A stretch of DNA of 64,000 bases, taken from Candidatus Saccharimonadales bacterium. GTDB taxonomy: Bacteria; Patescibacteriota; UBA1384; 2-12-FULL-50-11. The DNA lies in assembly GCA_035480235.1 (NCBI GenBank), contig DATIHX010000008.1, positions 96,104-160,103 on the forward strand, written 5' to 3'. Position 1 is the stretch's first letter, and every line of letters begins with the position of its first letter. This document shows, in pieces, positions 60,358 through 64,000 of this stretch. A program made the position numbers and the translations under genes. The notes below the pieces were generated by a model, which did not search any database, was not told the DNA's origin, and was given only the letters and a program-made list of their open reading frames with translations.

Positions 60358-61705
60358 TGACCGCCCCTTGAAACTTCTCACCGCGGTCAGCCGCGTTCTC
60401 AAACATATCTTTGCTAGCGCAAGCTGGGCTAAGTAACACCGTGTCGCCGGCCTGGGCCCGGGCCTTCGCCAACTGGACAGCCTCAGCCATGCTGGCGGCC
60501 TCAAAAATCGGCAGCGCCTGGTTGAGTTTTTCGATCGCCGTTTTCAGCCGTGGCCCTTCTTCGCCGAGCAAAACCACTATTTTGATAGTTGATTCAACGA
60601 CAGTTCGGGCTAAATCTTCAAATTGCGCGCCCTTGCGCGAGCCACCACCGATCCAAACCAGCGGCGTTTCAATACTTTCAATCGCCGCCATCGCCGCGTC
60701 CGGCGCCGTCGCGTACGAGTCGTCCACGTAAGTCACGCCGCCGAACGTCCCGATAGTTTGCAGGCGATGCGGCAGCGGCTGAAAGTTTCTTAAGCCTTGC
60801 TTGATAGCTGGGACATCACATCCTAATTCCCGCGCCACCGCCGTGGCTAAGGCCGCGTCCAAATAGATGTGGCGGCCCTTCAGGCCGAGTTCCTTAAAAT
60901 TAATCATTTCGTTATGACCAACATCAACTTCGCCGGTTGGCTCAACGACGATATCGCCCCTTTCTTCGCCGACGCCCAAACGGCGCGCCGTCGAATTGTT
61001 AGCGATGTCTTGAACAATTTTGGAGTCGGCGGCGTAGACCAAAAAGTCGGTGGTGGTTTGAAAAGCGGTGATGTTAGCCTTGGCTTCAGCGTATTTTTCA
61101 AAAGTCGGGTGAAAATTCGGGCTACGAGCAGACAGCGGCGCTAAATGATCCGGAACAATCGGCAAGGTGACGGCGATGTGCGGGCTGTGACTAATGTCTT
61201 CAAGCTGAAAACTCGAAAGTTCCATTACTACCACAGTGTCCGGGTGAATGTCGTCTAGAACTTCAAAGATGACTTTACCGATATTGCCGGCCACAATGAC
61301 GTCGCGGCCGGCTGATTCCAAAATCGAACCAATCATTGTGCTGGTAGTGCCCTTGCCCTTGGTGCCGGTGACGCCAACGGTGACCCCCAGCCCGAGGGCG
61401 AAAAAAAGATCCATCGCCGAAGTCCGGACCGGCTGGGCCGTTTTGTCCTTTAGAGCCTCATCGACTCGGGCGACGGGCAGCCCCGGCGAACGGAAAACGT
61501 AATCGAATTGATCGAGGTTCTCTAAATGGGCGTCACCGATATTCAACCGGACGTGGCCTTCGTAAACATTCGCCAATGTTACCGGCCACTGCTCGCAAAG
61601 CGTCACTACCGCCCGGTGTTCCAGCAGGTGGGAAATGAGGCTCATATTTTCCATTCCGGCACCGAGCAAAGCGACTTTTTTGTCCTGAAAATCCGACCAC
61701 TGCAT
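60344..61705 (-). CDS. murD: UDP-N-acetylmuramoylalanine--D-glutamate ligase
   Basis: GTKGKGTT and Mur ligase domains. The start is taken at MQWSDF. Confidence 0.93.
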   Translation of the reverse strand: MQWSDFQDKKVALLGAGMENMSLISHLLEHRAVVTLCEQWPVTLANVYEGHVRLNIGDAHLENLDQFDYVFRSPGLPVARVDEALKDKTAQPVRTSAMDLFFALGLGVTVGVTGTKGKGTTSTMIGSILESAGRDVIVAGNIGKVIFEVLDDIHPDTVVVMELSSFQLEDISHSPHIAVTLPIVPDHLAPLSARSPNFHPTFEKYAEAKANITAFQTTTDFLVYAADSKIVQDIANNSTARRLGVGEERGDIVVEPTGEVDVGHNEMINFKELGLKGRHIYLDAALATAVARELGCDVPAIKQGLRNFQPLPHRLQTIGTFGGVTYVDDSYATAPDAAMAAIESIETPLVWIGGGSRKGAQFEDLARTVVESTIKIVVLLGEEGPRLKTAIEKLNQALPIFEAASMAEAVQLAKARAQAGDTVLLSPACASKDMFENAADRGEKFQGAVNEQL

Positions 61706-61794
61706 CTCTTTGAGTATGCCAGAATTAGCCTGAGAAAAGAACCGACAAAATATGTTATTGTGAGGACAAAGCTGAACCTTGGGAGTATAAACTG

Positions 61795-62043
61795 ATGGAC
61801 GCAAAAACCTTACTTGAGCAATTCCGGGAAGAGAAGATCTCCCCTCAAGCATTTCATGAATCGGTCAATTGCTTGTCGGCAAACGAGAAGCGAAAATTTC
61901 AAGTGTTAGCCCGTGAGAAGCTTCGCCAAAGTCTGAAAGACGGTAGCCTAATGAGACGGGTCTACGACGCGGCTCGACCAGTTCTCGAAAGACATGACAT
62001 GATAATGCGTTACGACGGCCAATCCGGCCGTTACCGTGTCTGA
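61795..62043 (+). CDS. hypothetical small protein on the opposite strand inside the dcw cluster
   Basis: 82-aa ORF followed by a strong terminator. Confidence 0.55.
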   Translation: MDAKTLLEQFREEKISPQAFHESVNCLSANEKRKFQVLAREKLRQSLKDGSLMRRVYDAARPVLERHDMIMRYDGQSGRYRV

Positions 62044-62052
62044 CAACTTTTC

Positions 62053-62075
62053 AGCTCCTTCGGGAGCTTTTTTTA
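62053..62075 (+). terminator. intrinsic terminator
   Basis: AGCTCC-TTCG-GGAGCT followed by T7. Confidence 0.8.
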
Positions 62076-62113
62076 TAGCCGCCCTAAAGCGGCTAAGTTT
62101 TCAGTACTAGAAA

Positions 62114-63139
62114 CTATCGTCCAATCACGTACACAAACAACCCCAAAAGCGAGGCAACAAAAGAGATGACCCAAAAGCGCATGGTTATTTTTGGCTCGGG
62201 CCAGCCAAGCGCCTCCAAATGATGGTGAACCGGTGCTGAAAGAAAAATCTTCTTGCCGTGCCGGAGTTTTTTACTGAGAATTTGCAAAATGGTGGTAATG
62301 CCTTCGGCGTAAAGAATAAAAGCAATCAGCGGCAGGATAATGACCGTATCGGTGAGGAAGGCTAAGACAGCGATAGTAATCCCCAGCGCCATCGCGCCAG
62401 TATCGCCCATGAAGAAGCGGGCCGGATAGATATTAAACCACAAGAAGGCCATCAGCGCCCCGAGCATGGTGCCGCAAAAGGCCGCCAGTTCGGTCTTGCC
62501 TTGCAGGAGCGCGATAATGCCAAAAGCGGCGAAACAACTGGCGGCGGTGCCGCCGAGCAGGCCGTCCAGCCCATCAGTTTGGTTGGCCGAAAATGTCGTA
62601 AAGACCACCACCAGCACAAACAACGGGATGTACCAGGCGCCGATCGTTTGCACGCCGAGGCCGGGAATGGATAAGACATTAAAGCCGAGTTTGGAGTAAA
62701 ACCACCAAGCACCAATTAAGGCGATGACGGCGTAGAGCAAGAGTTTCCAGCGAAATTTTAGGCCGCCGCGGTTCGGCCCGACGCCGTAGATATTCATCAA
62801 GTCGTCGGCCGCGCCCACCAGGCCGGTGGAAACTAGCACAAAAAGCGGCAGCCAGGTTTGGGCCCGACTTAAGTTCATTAAGAGCGTAATAACGGCGACG
62901 GTAATCCAAATCAGCAACCCGCCCATCGTCGGGGTATTTTCTTTGTGCTTGTGCAACGAATAAAAAATTGGGGCCTTTTTCTCGTCGAAACCGGTTTGGC
63001 GAATTTTTTTACCCAAACGGTTTTTGTATAAAAAGTCGGTGAAGAGCGGCGTCCACAAAATAGCGACGATAAACGACAAGCTAGAAAGCCAGAAGGTTTT
63101 GGCCAGGGCGAAATGGGTGACGTCAAGTAGGTTACTCAT
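62114..63139 (-). CDS. mraY: phospho-N-acetylmuramoyl-pentapeptide transferase
   Basis: 10-TM MraY pattern with the NxxNxxDGxDGL-like motif (ANQTDGLDGL). Confidence 0.95.
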   Translation of the reverse strand: MSNLLDVTHFALAKTFWLSSLSFIVAILWTPLFTDFLYKNRLGKKIRQTGFDEKKAPIFYSLHKHKENTPTMGGLLIWITVAVITLLMNLSRAQTWLPLFVLVSTGLVGAADDLMNIYGVGPNRGGLKFRWKLLLYAVIALIGAWWFYSKLGFNVLSIPGLGVQTIGAWYIPLFVLVVVFTTFSANQTDGLDGLLGGTAASCFAAFGIIALLQGKTELAAFCGTMLGALMAFLWFNIYPARFFMGDTGAMALGITIAVLAFLTDTVIILPLIAFILYAEGITTILQILSKKLRHGKKIFLSAPVHHHLEALGWPEPKITMRFWVISFVASLLGLFVYVIGR

Positions 63140-64000
63140 GGATGTTGGCCTGGTTTTCTAGCGCGGTAATTATCTTTTCTAAATGAAGCGAGTGCGACCC
63201 CTTCACCAGCACTGTATCCCCATCTTTCAAAATTGCCAAGATGCCTTTGGCGGCCTCGTCGGCGGTCGCGTACCACTGGTCAGGTTGATAATGCTTGGCT
63301 AGCTCACCGACTCCAATAATTAGGTTGACACTTGATCGGGCTAATTGCCCTATTTGACCGTGAAATTTTGCCTCCCCTGGCCCCAATTCGCGCATCTCCC
63401 CCAGGACAGCGACATGCCGGCCGGGCAGCAGCCGCAACCGGTTGAAGGCCGCCTCCATCGCTAACGGCGAGGCGTTATACGAGTCGTCCAACACTCGCCA
63501 CGAGCCGATTCTTTTCTCATCGAAGCGGTGCTCGGGTTGGTGATAATTTTTCAGCCCACTGGCAATTTTTTCGGTATGGACTTTTAGTTCGGCACCAACC
63601 GCCTTGGCAAATTCGGTGGCGATAAGTTCCAGCGGCGTCACAATTTCCCGGACTTTGGCTTTGGCTCGCGAACGGTGCGCTTCGCGGTACGGGTCGGCGT
63701 GGTTTAAGAAAACGACGCCGGTTGGTTTAGTCCGCTCGGCCAGGAACCCTTCGTCGTGCGCCATCTCGGCCTCATCTTTGTAATTCATTAAATGAGCCGG
63801 CCCGACGATGGTAATGACGCCGTAATCCGGCTGAAGTTTTTTGGTAATTTTGTCTAAATCGCCGGTTTGGTCGGTGCCGAACTCGAGCACTAAGTATTTT
63901 GGCAGCCGGCCAAATAGGCCGCGCCACTTGGCGCTAATTAAGATTTTTAGCCAACCCCAAAACCCGACCTTGTGCTTGTAAAAATCGATCTCAAAGCCCA
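63132..64000 (-). CDS. murF: UDP-N-acetylmuramoyl-tripeptide--D-alanyl-D-alanine ligase (5' end beyond window)
   Basis: The frame stays open upstream of the track ORF to position 64000 (checked by hand). Mur ligase middle and C-terminal domains. Confidence 0.88.
   Translation of the reverse strand, partial: GFEIDFYKHKVGFWGWLKILISAKWRGLFGRLPKYLVLEFGTDQTGDLDKITKKLQPDYGVITIVGPAHLMNYKDEAEMAHDEGFLAERTKPTGVVFLNHADPYREAHRSRAKAKVREIVTPLELIATEFAKAVGAELKVHTEKIASGLKNYHQPEHRFDEKRIGSWRVLDDSYNASPLAMEAAFNRLRLLPGRHVAVLGEMRELGPGEAKFHGQIGQLARSSVNLIIGVGELAKHYQPDQWYATADEAAKGILAILKDGDTVLVKGSHSLHLEKIITALENQANIHE

Noticed and set aside
1-64000. A search for a diversity-generating retroelement, retron, reverse transcriptase, toxin-antitoxin pairs or known defence systems
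   Set aside because: No YxDD reverse-transcriptase motif, no template/variable repeat pair, and no recognisable nuclease-ATPase defence gene pair were seen in the ORF translations. The helicase at the window edge stands alone as far as the window shows.

Overview
This is a 64-kb, gene-dense bacterial window of about 55% GC, with roughly 85% of genes on the minus strand. I did not detect any rRNA gene, CRISPR array, reverse transcriptase or intact transposase. Gene content suggests a Candidate-Phyla-Radiation/Patescibacteria-like organism. The evidence is a large type IV pilus cluster with odd AT-rich-encoded pilin leaders, a compact dcw/mur cluster, a short holB, an LPxTG-like sorting signal and little biosynthesis. 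This placement is inference only.

Gene order:
- A 3'-partial SF2 helicase that leaves the window start (it is not in the ORF track).
- Three secreted low-complexity proteins, then cysS, recR and topA.
- dprA, then rplK-[TM]-nusG-secE-rplU.
- rodA and rnhA.
- A type IV pilus cluster: four pilin-like genes, pilD, pilA, pilC, pilT, pilB and pilO/pilN-like genes.
- A lower-GC accessory patch (PRTase-like, GNAT, HExxH protein, methyltransferase, SET-domain protein, truncated serine recombinase) that abuts tRNA-Trp.
- rpmG with tRNA-Thr, tRNA-Tyr and tRNA-Thr, then a CYTH gene, a TPR gene, holB, rpmB and an M50 protease.
- tRNA-Pro, then argS, tyrS, PBP1A, radA and recJ.
- ftsQ-murB-murC-murG-ftsW-murD-(orphan)-mraY-murF, where murF leaves the window end.

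Most interesting non-standard signals:
1. A four-copy, ~185-190-nt intergenic element with compensatory base changes in three or four helices. It is a candidate novel structured RNA or mobile repeat.
2. A canonical tRNA-Pro nested inside a larger RNA that supplies all the other tRNA helices.
3. An AT-rich 'TKLLN...SNSVI' cassette. It encodes unusually long prepilin leaders and recurs as 21-codon upstream mini-ORFs abutting the pilC and argS start codons. One pilin leader contains 7-nt tandem repeats.
4. A set of perfect AT-rich palindromes (20-40 nt) upstream of housekeeping genes.
5. A helicase carrying six tandem ~64-aa HTH-like 'W...HYPP' modules.
6. A G7-tract frameshift that splits one gene.
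7. Several consensus extended -10 promoters followed by long structured leaders, or by leaderless starts.

All calls come from reading the sequence and ORF track by eye. No database search was run.
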